DNA from: Anaerolineales bacterium
GTDB lineage: Bacteria; Chloroflexota; Anaerolineae; Anaerolineales; UBA4823
Length of the DNA stretch: 64,000 nt
NCBI GenBank assembly: GCA_020061105.1
Contig: JAGUYW010000034.1
Coordinates: 1,173 to 65,172, forward strand
Direction: 5' to 3'
Shown here: piece by piece, positions 1 through 8,600 of the stretch
Position numbering within the stretch: the stretch's first letter is position 1
Layout: each line of letters begins with the position of its first letter
Made by a program: the position numbers and the translations under genes
The notes under the pieces: generated by a model
Database searches by the model: none
The model's input: the letters and a program-made list of their open reading frames with translations, nothing else
What the model was told of the DNA's origin: nothing

Positions 1-1407
1 GCTGGCTTCCAAATCTTCCAGTACATCCCGCAAAACCTGATCCAGCCCCAGCGCCTGGAAGGGTTGGGCGCGGGTCAGGATTTGCGAATAGCTCTGCAAG
101 TCCTGCACCAGGCGCTGCATGCGCCCGGCGCCGTTGTTCAGACTGTGGAGATAACGCTGGGCCTCTTCGTCCAGCTCGTCCTGGTAGCGCCGCAGCAGCA
201 GGCTGCTGTAGACCTGCAGTTTGCGCACCGGCTCTTGCAGGTCATGGGAGGCCAGGCTGTTGAAATCTTGCAGCTCACGGTTGGTGAGCTCCAGGTTGGC
301 GGCGTAGGCGCGAATGGCTTCTTCCGCCTGGCTGCGTTGGATTTCGTTTTCCAGCAGCGCCTGGCCCAGCTGATCGACCGCCTGCGCCAGGTCACCCAAT
401 TCACCTTGGTGGGAGGAAATTCCGCTGCGGGCCTGTAAATCGCCGGCTGCCAGGCGGTGGGTGGTAGAGACGATGGCCTGGGTCGGGCGCACGATATACA
501 CATTGCCAACTCGCCATGCCATTACCAGCGCCAGGCTGGTGGTGGCGGCAATCAGAGCCAGGTTGAACCAGGTCGAGCGGTTGACTGGGCCATAAGCCAC
601 ATCCGGCGGGATGCCCACCGCCAGGATGACAGTTTGATCGCCCTGCCACAGTGGCACGAAACCGTACAGGCGCTCGACGCCATCGAAGCCAACCCCTTCA
701 GTCACACCCTCGATGTTTTGCAACATATAGGTTGTCAGCGGATCTTCGGTTATCTTTTTACCCATCCAGACTTTGGTAGGAGGGTAATGCGCCAGGATGG
801 TGTAATCATCATTAAAAACCACCAGGTTCGAGCCTTCCGGGAGCGTGGCGTCTTCGGCTAGCTTGTTAAACCACACCAGGTCGATGCCAGCGTTGACCAC
901 TCCGATCATCTGCCCCTGTTCGTCGTAAATCGGGTAGCCCAGCGAAACGGTGCCTTCACCGGTGTTCTTGCACAGGTGGTAATCGCTCATCAAAAAATTT
1001 TGGCTGCGGATCAATTGTTTGTAATGGTCACAGTGTTTGATGAGCGGCGTTTCCCCCGGGGTATGGCACAACAAGTTAGCTTCCAAATCGGCCACAAAAA
1101 AACCGGTGTACTGGAAAAAGTGCTCATCCGCCAGGTGGGCAAAGATATCCTGGCAATTGCGGATGGTTTCCAGGTCCGTGCCCACGGTATGCGAGAGCGC
1201 CAGCAAGAATCCGCGCGCCTGCTCGAGCAAAAATTCCTGGTTCAGGGCAGCCACGCGCGCCAGCGACAAAGCGTCGCTCTGCACCGCCTCAGCCGCCAGC
1301 AGTCTTTGTTCGTAACCGGAGTACAGGGTCAGCGCGACCAAAGGCAAAACCACCATCAACAGCAGCCCAACCAAACGCGCCCGTAAACTAGCCCACCACT
1401 CGAACAT
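1..1407 (-). CDS. sensor histidine kinase, 5' part only (TM / extracytoplasmic sensor domain / TM / HAMP / HisKA); the 3' end runs off the window
   Basis: Not in the ORF track because there is no stop inside the window. My own reverse-strand translation from ATG 1407 (SD-like AAGGTGGA upstream) gives MFEWWASLRARLVGLLLMVVLPLVAL..., a second hydrophobic helix WFNLALIAATTSLALVMAW, a HAMP-like HRLAAGDLQARS, a coiled coil, and the H-box SLASHDLQEPVRKL. The short listed ORFs at 64-1386 are out-of-frame shadows. Confidence 0.8.
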   Translation of the reverse strand, partial: MFEWWASLRARLVGLLLMVVLPLVALTLYSGYEQRLLAAEAVQSDALSLARVAALNQEFLLEQARGFLLALSHTVGTDLETIRNCQDIFAHLADEHFFQYTGFFVADLEANLLCHTPGETPLIKHCDHYKQLIRSQNFLMSDYHLCKNTGEGTVSLGYPIYDEQGQMIGVVNAGIDLVWFNKLAEDATLPEGSNLVVFNDDYTILAHYPPTKVWMGKKITEDPLTTYMLQNIEGVTEGVGFDGVERLYGFVPLWQGDQTVILAVGIPPDVAYGPVNRSTWFNLALIAATTSLALVMAWRVGNVYIVRPTQAIVSTTHRLAAGDLQARSGISSHQGELGDLAQAVDQLGQALLENEIQRSQAEEAIRAYAANLELTNRELQDFNSLASHDLQEPVRKLQVYSSLLLRRYQDELDEEAQRYLHSLNNGAGRMQRLVQDLQSYSQILTRAQPFQALGLDQVLRDVLEDLEAS

Positions 1408-1691
1408 CACCATCCACCTTTTTTAAACAACGAGCAATTTGTGTGGCTGGGGCAGCCCATTGCAGCCAGATGCATCACCCCAGCACAAATTCTTTTTGAT
1501 CAATGATCGGTTGGCGTGGCAGGTGCAAGGCGCCGAAACCAGGCGCTGCGCACCCGCGCAGCTTATACAAGCCATCCAATTGACCGATAATGCAACCAGA
1601 ACACACACTTTTAAGAGTACGTTCTGCTATGAGAATAGTACAATTCAAATAAAAAGTCAACCCGCAATTCCCCTTCCGGCATCCCCGCAGT

Positions 1692-2456
1692 CTATTGAAT
1701 GGTTGTCAAAAAATCTCGCAAACCCATTGCCACGGCCTGGGGCTGCTCCAGCATCACCATGTGACCGGCGTTGGGGATGATCTCCAGCCGGGCGGTGGGG
1801 ATCTGGTCAGCCAGGTACTGTGAGTAGCGCACCGGCGTCATGCGATCCTCAGCCCCACAGGCCACCCAGGTTGGGCAGTGAATGTCACCCAGGCGATCAG
1901 TGACATCGAAGGCGTCACAGGCCAGAAAATCGCCGTGCAACACGCTCTGGCGGGTATCAGCCATGCGCTTAGCGGCCTGCTGCACCAACTGGGCAGGCGC
2001 CGAATCGGCAAACGAAGCGCGCGTCACCCCATCCACGCCGCTTTGGAAGGTGGCCGGCAGGGAAACGCGCTCCAGCAAATCGGGCGCCACGCGCAGGCGC
2101 GCCCCGCCGCCGATCAAGCCCAAAGCGCTGACCAGCTCCGGAAAATCCAAAGCCAGGGTCAGGGCGATGGCGCTGCCCATGGAATGGCCCGTCCACACCG
2201 CCCGGGATATCTGGATGGCTTGCATCCATTCCGCCAGGCGCATGGCATAGCCAGTGATGGACTGTGAACCTGCCCCGGCCGATTTGCCATGTCCGGGCAG
2301 GTCGAGGGCAAAAATATTGAAACCTTTCAAGCGGCGCACTTCAGATGGCCAGGAGAGATGCATTCCCCCTGCTCCATGCAGCAAAATCACCGGTAAACCG
2401 CGTCCATCCCCTCCGCCATCATACACATGGTAATAGATGTCTGCGGCAACCGGCAT
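1692..2456 (-). CDS. alpha/beta-fold hydrolase
   Basis: 254 aa. Shows LLHGAGG near the N-terminus, the nucleophile elbow GHSMGS, and a C-terminal NAGHMV histidine motif. Confidence 0.8.
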   Translation of the reverse strand: MPVAADIYYHVYDGGGDGRGLPVILLHGAGGMHLSWPSEVRRLKGFNIFALDLPGHGKSAGAGSQSITGYAMRLAEWMQAIQISRAVWTGHSMGSAIALTLALDFPELVSALGLIGGGARLRVAPDLLERVSLPATFQSGVDGVTRASFADSAPAQLVQQAAKRMADTRQSVLHGDFLACDAFDVTDRLGDIHCPTWVACGAEDRMTPVRYSQYLADQIPTARLEIIPNAGHMVMLEQPQAVAMGLRDFLTTIQ

Positions 2457-2463
2457 GCCGGCG

Positions 2464-4227
2464 TCACATTCCTCGCCGCAGGCGATCGGCGGCGTCTTCT
2501 GAAAGTGGGATAATCACCTGGATGCGCGTGCCGCGCCCGGGCGCTGAGTCGATGCGCAGTATGCCGTTGACCAGTTCGGCGCGCTCCCGCATGTTCACCA
2601 TCCCCAGGCTGCCGCGGTTCTCGTAGGTTTCGTCCACCTGCGAGGTGTTGAAGCCCACCCCATCGTCCTGGATTTCAAGCAGGCTGAGTTCATCGCGCAG
2701 CATCTTCAAACGCACCCAAATGTGCGGCGCCTGGGCGTGTTTGCGGGCATTGGTAACCGCCTCTTCGGCAATGTAAAAGACCACGGACTGTTTGCTGGCC
2801 TCCAGTTCATCCACCACGCGCTGATCGGCCTGGATAATGACTTCCTGGTTGTAGGTTTCACGAGTTTTTTCGGCCATCGATGCCCAGGCCGCAATCAAGC
2901 CCTGCGATTCTAAGACCAGCGGGCGCAAGGTGAACAGCATGTGGCGGATTTCTTTGGTGGTGCGGCGCGCCATCTCTTCGACTTTGTAGAGTTCTTCACC
3001 AGCCGCCTGGGCGTCGCGCTCCATTAAGCGCCGGGCGAAGTTCACCCGCATGGCAATGGCGGCGATCGATTGGGTGGGGCCATCATGAAGGTCACGCGCC
3101 AATTTTTTACGCGATTCTTCCAGCACTTCGGTCATGCGCTCTTTTTCCTGCGCCAGGTCCTGATACAGGCGGGCATTTTGCAGGGCGATCATCGATTGGT
3201 TGCCGATGATATCCAGAATTTCCGCTCGATCATCGCTGAAAAACTGGCGGTCGGGGTGGGCAAACAGCAAGATGCCGTAGGTTTCCAGCGCCGCCCGCAG
3301 GGGAATGCAATAGGCTGAACGGCAATCGTGCAGGGCGACAAAGCGGCTCAATTCGGGGTCCTGGTGAACATCCAGCGCCAGGACAGTCTGGCCTGATTCC
3401 AAAGCCTGGGCCAGGACGCCTTGTTCGCCGGGCAAAGTGATTTTTGAATCTTGAGGCAGCAAGCCGCGCGCCCCAGCTACTTGCATTAAGGGCGGGCTGG
3501 GTTCATCGTTGACAAACAGCAGGACAGCGCTGCGCAGGCGTTCGGCCGGCGCGCCAAGCTGGCTCAAGGCGTGGTTGCCCATATCCATGGCCGATTCCAA
3601 GACGCGTTGGTAGTTCAGCGAGGAACTGAGGGCGGAAATCAGCTGGTAGATGGTACGCTGGCGTTCGCGGTCATCGACCGGGCGTTTTGCAGGCCTTTGC
3701 TCTGGGGTTGGCGCAGCTTTGGGTTGCCCCTGGGCAACCCCCTCAACCGGGGAGAAAAAAGCTACCCCAGCGCCCACCAGGACGTGCAAGATGGCGCTGG
3801 CAGCCAGGTTGAGCGTTTGATCTGCCAGCAAGCCCACCCACCAGGCCAGCCCCACCTGCATGAGCAAGTTGGTCAGGATCACCAGCAGGATTCCCAGCCA
3901 ATGAAAATACAAACCGGCGGTGATCAAGGGCAGCAGACCGACCCACCCCATACTGGCCGGCGTTTGCAAGGTGACAGCGTATAGCAAATAGGCAAAAGCC
4001 ACATCGGCAAGCGCCAACCCGAGGTGCAGCGGGCGAATGCGGTAGCGCACCCCGGCCATCGACATGGCGAAGATATTGGTAACCAGCCCAAGCCCCAACA
4101 CCCACAGAGAAGCGGCGTTGAAATCAATGCTCAAGTACAACCACACAGCCGCTATGATCACAAACGCCCAGCGTATTGTGATCGAAATCCAATTCAAACG
4201 AGTCAGGCTGATTTTGCGCACACCCAT
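2464..4227 (-). CDS. membrane sensor histidine kinase with GAF-like domain (HisKA_3 / NarL-partner type)
   Basis: 587 aa. Has about 5 N-terminal hydrophobic helices, a central GAF-like region, the H-box LARDLHDGPTQSIAA, and ATPase boxes EEAVTNARKH, DDGVGF and GSLGMVNMRERA. Confidence 0.85.
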   Translation of the reverse strand: MGVRKISLTRLNWISITIRWAFVIIAAVWLYLSIDFNAASLWVLGLGLVTNIFAMSMAGVRYRIRPLHLGLALADVAFAYLLYAVTLQTPASMGWVGLLPLITAGLYFHWLGILLVILTNLLMQVGLAWWVGLLADQTLNLAASAILHVLVGAGVAFFSPVEGVAQGQPKAAPTPEQRPAKRPVDDRERQRTIYQLISALSSSLNYQRVLESAMDMGNHALSQLGAPAERLRSAVLLFVNDEPSPPLMQVAGARGLLPQDSKITLPGEQGVLAQALESGQTVLALDVHQDPELSRFVALHDCRSAYCIPLRAALETYGILLFAHPDRQFFSDDRAEILDIIGNQSMIALQNARLYQDLAQEKERMTEVLEESRKKLARDLHDGPTQSIAAIAMRVNFARRLMERDAQAAGEELYKVEEMARRTTKEIRHMLFTLRPLVLESQGLIAAWASMAEKTRETYNQEVIIQADQRVVDELEASKQSVVFYIAEEAVTNARKHAQAPHIWVRLKMLRDELSLLEIQDDGVGFNTSQVDETYENRGSLGMVNMRERAELVNGILRIDSAPGRGTRIQVIIPLSEDAADRLRRGM

Positions 4228-4274
4228 ATGATAACCGAAAACGATGTAACTGGAAACAGCAATTAACGGTTTTT

Positions 4275-4880
4275 TTAGGCGGAATTTTGCAAAACTTCTT
4301 TCAAAATCGGGCGCGCCGCCAGCACAGCCCGGGCGCGATGACTGAGGCGGTTTTTTTCCTCCATCTGCAATTCAGCCATCGTTTTGCCCAGCTCTGGCAG
4401 CCAGAAGATGGGGTCGTAGCCAAAGCCATTGGCGCCGCGTTCCTGGGGGATGATCTGCCCTTCGCACCGCCCTTCACAAAAGCGCATCTCGCCCTTGGGT
4501 AAGGCCAGCGCGATCACGCAGCGAAAGCGGGCCGTCCAGGGCTGCGGCACACCTGTCAGGTGTTCCAGCAAATAGGCGCGCCGGTCGGCGTCGCTGGCGC
4601 CCGGCAAGGGCGAGAAGCGCGCCGAATGCAGCCCGGGCTGGCCGTCCAGGGCGTCCACTTCCAGGCCGGAATCGTCCGCCAGGGTCAGCAGCCCGCTGGC
4701 CTGGGCAAAGGCCTGGGCTTTCAAGGCGGCGTTTTCGGCGTAGGTTTGGCCGTGTTCTTCCACCTCCATCTCCAGCCCAACCTGCTGGGGCGTGACCAGT
4801 TCCAGGTCGAAATCGCCCAGCAAGGCCTGGATCTCCTTCAATTTGCCGCGATTGTTGGTAGCTAATAATAATTTCATCAC
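4275..4880 (-). CDS. rdgB: non-canonical purine NTP (dITP/XTP) pyrophosphatase, RdgB/Ham1 family
   Basis: 201 aa. Shows KLLLATNNRGKLKEI at the N-terminus, the FGYDPIF motif and RLSHRARA near the C-terminus. The start is GTG 4880 or ATG 4877. Confidence 0.9.
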   Translation of the reverse strand: MMKLLLATNNRGKLKEIQALLGDFDLELVTPQQVGLEMEVEEHGQTYAENAALKAQAFAQASGLLTLADDSGLEVDALDGQPGLHSARFSPLPGASDADRRAYLLEHLTGVPQPWTARFRCVIALALPKGEMRFCEGRCEGQIIPQERGANGFGYDPIFWLPELGKTMAELQMEEKNRLSHRARAVLAARPILKEVLQNSA

Positions 4881-4902
4881 CGGCGCGCCTCGTGAAAACT
4901 GA

Positions 4903-4911
4903 TGTTATAAT
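4903..4911 (+). promoter_or_regulatory. candidate extended -10 promoter (TGtTATAAT) for the yceD-like gene
   Basis: TG at 4903-4904 and TATAAT at 4906-4911, about 70 nt upstream of the 4983 start. There is no good -35. Confidence 0.35.
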
Positions 4912-4982
4912 GATGCCACATTTTCTCACCAAATCAAGGTTTTGGCTCTGCCAATTTTCAGGCCCGCTTATCGCGGCGCAGT

Positions 4983-5522
4983 TTGGATTTTATCGTGTAC
5001 AGCCCCCGTAATCTTCTGATCCTCAATGTTGGTTTCATCGTCCACCAGACGGTCGGATACCTGCGCGACTTTCCGATCGAGGCGCCTTTTCTGCGCCTGC
5101 CTCCCGATCTCGAATTGCACAATTTCGCCGGCAACGTGCGCGTCACCCGCACCGCCCAGGGGCTGCTGCTGCAGGCAAACTTGAACGCTTCGATCCAGAT
5201 GCCCTGCGTACGCTGCCTGGCGGAAGTCTCCCAGATGCTGCAGGCCGAATTCACCGACCTGTACGCTTTCAATCGCAATTCGATGACCCAGGCAGGCTTG
5301 CTGCTGCCTGACACCGGCAAAATCGACCTGAGCGAGACGGTGCGCGAGGAGATGCTGCTGGCAACGCCGATCAACGCCCTGTGCTCCCATGATTGCAAGG
5401 GGTTGTGCCCGGTGTGCGGCGAGAACCTGAACACCACCAGCTGCTCTCACGAAAATGAGGAGCCGGATCCGCGTTTGGATGTGCTGCGCTCGCTGCTTGA
5501 TGACGACCAGCCGGCAACTTGA
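4983..5522 (+). CDS. YceD/DUF177 family protein
   Basis: 179 aa with a TTG start. The characteristic C-terminal Cys cluster is CSHDCKGLCPVCGENLN, followed by DPRLDVL. No rpmF-like ORF follows it. Confidence 0.8.
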   Translation: MDFIVYSPRNLLILNVGFIVHQTVGYLRDFPIEAPFLRLPPDLELHNFAGNVRVTRTAQGLLLQANLNASIQMPCVRCLAEVSQMLQAEFTDLYAFNRNSMTQAGLLLPDTGKIDLSETVREEMLLATPINALCSHDCKGLCPVCGENLNTTSCSHENEEPDPRLDVLRSLLDDDQPAT

Positions 5523-5533
5523 AAATTACTGGC

Positions 5534-5562
5534 TTGACAAATGACTGCAGCAGATATACAAT
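5534..5562 (+). promoter_or_regulatory. sigma70-type promoter TTGACA-N17-TACAAT (metG leader)
   Basis: TTGACA at 5534-5539, a 17-nt spacer, and TACAAT at 5557-5562. Confidence 0.55.
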
Positions 5563-5639
5563 CGCTGCATCTTTGGCCTTTGACGAACCATTTGAACACA
5601 CAAACGGCGACGCGCCGGCGTCGCGCAGGAGATTGGATT

Positions 5640-5753
5640 GTGACTGCTCGGATCCTGGCAATCAAAACGATTTACTCGATGGCGATGATGTGCACCATGC
5701 GCATGATGTTGCGCGCCAGCGACCGGGCAGCCAGTCTCGCCAGGGAGGCTTGA
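5640..5753 (+). promoter_or_regulatory. candidate Met-rich leader ORF (37 codons) in the metG 5' leader
   Basis: SD AGGAG at 5627-5631, GTG at 5640, stop TGA at 5751-5753. The peptide is (M)TARILAIKTIYSMAMMCTMRMMLRASDRAASLAREA, with six ATG codons within 5679-5708. GGGCAGCC at 5725-5732 duplicates the 3' arm of the downstream terminator. Confidence 0.45.
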
Positions 5754-5777
5754 TCTCCCAGACGATCAGGATCAGCA

Positions 5778-5809
5778 GGCTGTCCAGGTATGGGCAGCCT
5801 TTTTATTTT
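5778..5809 (+). terminator. intrinsic terminator / attenuator immediately upstream of metG
   Basis: An 8-bp stem GGCTGTCC (5778-5785) / GGGCAGCC (5792-5799), loop AGGTAT, then TTTTTATTTT (5800-5809). The metG SD GAGGTG lies at 5816-5821. Confidence 0.7.
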
Positions 5810-5825
5810 GCAAATGAGGTGTGAG

Positions 5826-7613
5826 ATGTCGAAAAATATACTCGTCGCAGTAGCCTGGCCCTATGCCAACTCGCAAATTCACGTCGGCAATATCACCGGC
5901 TCTTACCTGCCGGCAGATATCTTCGCCCGCTACCACCGCCTGGCAGGCGATCATGTGGCGATGGTTTCCGGCTCCGACGCCCACGGCACGCCGGTGACCG
6001 TGCGCGCCGACGCCGAGGGCACATCTCCGGTACAGGTCTACCAAAAATACCACCACGGTTTTCTGGAGCTTTTCCAGAAACTCGGGTTGACCTACGACCT
6101 CTTCACCAGCACACACACCGAAAATCACTTTCGCGTCTCTCAAGACATCTTCCGGGCTATCAAAGAGAATGGCTTTCTGTACACCGAACGCCAGTTGCAA
6201 TGGTTTGCGCCTTCGATCGGGCGATTCTTGCCCGACCGCTATGTGGAAGGCACCTGCTACCTGTGCGGCTATCCCAACGCCCGCGGCGACCAGTGCGACC
6301 AGTGCGGCAGCCTGCTGGACGCCACCCTGCTGATCGACCCGCACGCCAAGACCGACGGCTCGACCCCCGAACTGCGCGAAACCGAGCATTTCTTCCTCGA
6401 CCTGGGCGCTCTGGAACCGGCGATCACCGATTTCTTGAACCAGCGCGAGCATTACTGGCGCCAGAATGTCCTACGCCAATCGCTCGGCCAGATCGAGGCC
6501 AGCGGCCTGCACGGGCGCGCCATCACCCGCGACCTGGATTGGGGTATTCCCGTCCCGGTGGAAGGCTGGCAGGGAAAATGCCTGTATGTGTGGTTCGAGG
6601 CCGTGATTGGCTATCTCTCCGCCGCCATCGAATACACCCGACTGGAAGGCAAACCCGATGAATGGCAAAATTGGTGGTTCAACCTCGACGCCAAAGCCTT
6701 CTATTTTATTGGCAAGGACAATATCCCCTTCCACGCCGTGATCTGGCCAGCCCAGTTGATCGGGGCGGGCGTGTATTTCGCCAAATTCTTCATTGAGGAA
6801 GACAACAAACGCCTGGTCTTGCCCTATGATGTGCCTGCCAACGAGTTCATGAACATGCAAGGCTCGAAGATCTCTGGCAGCCGTAACTGGGCGGTGTGGG
6901 GACTGGATTTTCTCTCACGCTACGATCCCGATCCGCTGCGCTACTACCTGACGGTCAACATGCCGGAAAGCAAAGACACCGATTGGGATTGGACTGATTT
7001 TGTGCGGCGCAACAACGATGAGCTGGTAGCCACCTGGGGCAACCTGGCCAACCGCATGCTGTCTTTCTCGTACAAGCACTGGGAAGGGTGTGTACCGGAG
7101 CCGGACGAACTGCGCCCCGAAGACGAAGAACTGCTGGGTACGGTCGAGGGCGGCTTCCAGACAGTGGGCGAGCATTTCGAGGCGGTGCGCCTGCGGGCCG
7201 CCCTGGGCGAGGCCATGCGCCTGGCAACCGAGGTCAACCGCTACCTGGACCGCTGCGCCCCGTGGTTCGAAATCAAGAGCGACAAGGCTGCGGCGGCTAA
7301 GACAGTTTACACCGCCTTGCGGGCGATTGACTCGCTCAAGACCCTGTTTGCGCCTATCCTGCCCTTTAGCAGCCAGCGCCTGCACGAATACCTGGGCTAC
7401 AGCCAGCCGCTCTTTGGGGAGCAGTACACCGAAAACGTGACCGACAGCCTGGGCGAGCACACCGTGCTGCGCTACCGCCCGCTGGCATCCCATCCGGGCT
7501 GGTTGCCCAGCCGCCTGCCTGCCGGGCAGCCCTTGCTCAAGCCTGAGCCGCTCTTCCGCAAGCTCGACCCGATCGTGGCAGAACAGGAACTGGCGCGCAT
7601 GGGCGGCAGCTAG
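5826..7613 (+). CDS. metG: methionine--tRNA ligase
   Basis: 595 aa counted from ATG 5826 (SD GAGGTG); the ORF-track start at 5790 is probably too far upstream. Shows WPYANSQIHVGN (HIGH-type), the zinc knuckle CYLCGYPNARGDQCDQCG, and the KMSKS-type SKISGSR. Confidence 0.93.
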   Translation: MSKNILVAVAWPYANSQIHVGNITGSYLPADIFARYHRLAGDHVAMVSGSDAHGTPVTVRADAEGTSPVQVYQKYHHGFLELFQKLGLTYDLFTSTHTENHFRVSQDIFRAIKENGFLYTERQLQWFAPSIGRFLPDRYVEGTCYLCGYPNARGDQCDQCGSLLDATLLIDPHAKTDGSTPELRETEHFFLDLGALEPAITDFLNQREHYWRQNVLRQSLGQIEASGLHGRAITRDLDWGIPVPVEGWQGKCLYVWFEAVIGYLSAAIEYTRLEGKPDEWQNWWFNLDAKAFYFIGKDNIPFHAVIWPAQLIGAGVYFAKFFIEEDNKRLVLPYDVPANEFMNMQGSKISGSRNWAVWGLDFLSRYDPDPLRYYLTVNMPESKDTDWDWTDFVRRNNDELVATWGNLANRMLSFSYKHWEGCVPEPDELRPEDEELLGTVEGGFQTVGEHFEAVRLRAALGEAMRLATEVNRYLDRCAPWFEIKSDKAAAAKTVYTALRAIDSLKTLFAPILPFSSQRLHEYLGYSQPLFGEQYTENVTDSLGEHTVLRYRPLASHPGWLPSRLPAGQPLLKPEPLFRKLDPIVAEQELARMGGS

Positions 7614-7663
7614 AACCAGGCCCAGAGCGCCAACTGGCTGTCCACACATCACTCGGTTGCCTT

Positions 7664-7702
7664 AAAAAAAGGGGCGCGATTTTGCTCGCGCCCCTTGCTT
7701 TT
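7664..7702. terminator. bidirectional intrinsic terminator between the convergent metG and DUF4013 genes
   Basis: AAAAAAA, then GGGGCGCG (7671-7678), an 8-nt loop, CGCGCCCC (7687-7694), then TTGCTTTT. Confidence 0.7.
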
Positions 7703-7758
7703 ATCCGTCTTCGTCAGGGCGATGACTCGTACCGTTCAGATGCGGTCAGGCAGCGATC

Positions 7759-8424
7759 TTAGTAGGCGCTGGCCTGCTGAACCCGCCCACCCGCCTCGCG
7801 GTAGGCCTGGCCCCACAGGTGAGCCATGGCTGCGTTGGCGAAAGGAATGGTGACCAATACACCAATCACGCAGGCAATGACGCCCAAACCGCCGATGATG
7901 CTGGCAACAAAGCCACCCAGCAAGACCATGATGTACGCCATCGGGACAGCCCGCACCATGCTGATGACTTCCCCAAAGCGGAAGGCGGCTTTCAGTTCGC
8001 CCGTGGCGGCAAATTTACCAAAGGCAGCCGGCATCACCAGGCCAGCCAACAGGGAATAGAGAAACACCAGGCAGCCAAAGCACACGCTGACAAGCATGGC
8101 AATCGTCATGACGATGTCTTCGCCGGTTTCCTGCCCCAGAATGGTTAAGCCCTGGGTACAGGCAGACACCAGGATGACCGGCAGCAAATAAACCAGCGAG
8201 ATCACGACCACTTTCAGGCCTTTGACCAGCAAGCCCATGAAATCTTCCCACTGCGGCATGGGGTAAGCCTCGCCTTGAATCACGCGGCGCGTAATTTCAA
8301 TTGCCCAACCCATGACAAAAAGGCCGCCCACGATCGGAATGATCATCATCACTGCCGCAATGCCGAGTTTCTTCATCCAATCAGGGTCGTCAAACGGGTA
8401 AGTAAATGCTTTGCCTAGATTCAT
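7759..8424 (-). CDS. polytopic membrane protein, DUF4013-like
   Basis: 221 aa. The N-terminus KAFTYPFDDPDWMKKLGIAAVMMIIPIVG is followed by about 5 further hydrophobic helices. SD AAAGGAG lies upstream. The family call is from memory of the N-terminal motif. Confidence 0.6.
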   Translation of the reverse strand: MNLGKAFTYPFDDPDWMKKLGIAAVMMIIPIVGGLFVMGWAIEITRRVIQGEAYPMPQWEDFMGLLVKGLKVVVISLVYLLPVILVSACTQGLTILGQETGEDIVMTIAMLVSVCFGCLVFLYSLLAGLVMPAAFGKFAATGELKAAFRFGEVISMVRAVPMAYIMVLLGGFVASIIGGLGVIACVIGVLVTIPFANAAMAHLWGQAYREAGGRVQQASAY

Positions 8425-8475
8425 GACATTCTCCTTTACAAAATATGAATAATTGATGGTGTAGCAAGTCGCCCT

Positions 8476-8505
8476 ACTATAACAGATATTTACTCAGTCT
8501 GACAA
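8476..8505 (-). promoter_or_regulatory. candidate promoter TTGTCA-N18-TATAGT for the DUF4013 gene
   Basis: Reverse strand: TTGTCA (8505-8500), an 18-nt spacer, and TATAGT (8481-8476). Confidence 0.4.
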
Positions 8506-8517
8506 GGGATTTTGTTT

Positions 8518-8568
8518 AAAAAAATCGGGGTCAGGCGTTTTCCAGAAAACAGCAACGCCTGACCCCGA
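8518..8568 (-). terminator. intrinsic terminator after nrfA
   Basis: Reverse strand: a 15-bp stem TCGGGGTCAGGCGTT / AACGCCTGACCCCGA (8525-8539 / 8554-8568) followed by TTTTTTT. Confidence 0.75.
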
Positions 8569-8600
8569 CAAGAGGATATCAAGAAACCGGAGCAGCGGGT

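Noticed and set aside
1408-1691. Small ORFs (61-113 aa) and hairpins in the gap between the hydrolase and the first kinase.
   Set aside because: The ORFs overlap one another on both strands and lack an SD. The gap contains a plausible promoter (TTGACT-N17-TATTCT on the minus strand) and a ~250-nt 5' UTR for the kinase. I saw no recognisable element worth a separate claim.
5519-5824. The 101-aa and 70-aa ORFs after the yceD-like gene, considered as a possible rpmF (L32), which usually follows yceD.
   Set aside because: Neither translation resembles L32; there is no MAVPKRRTS-type N-terminus. The region is better explained as the metG leader.
5569-5825. A T-box riboswitch as the explanation for the metG leader.
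   Set aside because: aaRS genes with a promoter-distal terminator are often T-box regulated. However, I could not find the conserved T-box sequence (…GGTGGTACCGCG…), and there is no Stem I with a specifier loop or AG bulge. GTGCACCATGCG at 5689-5700 is only a loose resemblance. This still needs a cmscan to be certain.
5790-5825. Upstream-extended starts given by the ORF track for metG (5790), gyrA (38867), rpsB (42479), frr (45084), the gltD-like gene (37241), trxA (52626), the DUF4395 gene (22214), cbiM (51558) and the serA-like gene (32024).
   Set aside because: In each case an internal ATG preceded by a clear SD matches the conserved N-terminus of the family. In addition, the extension overlaps a neighbouring gene or a regulatory element.
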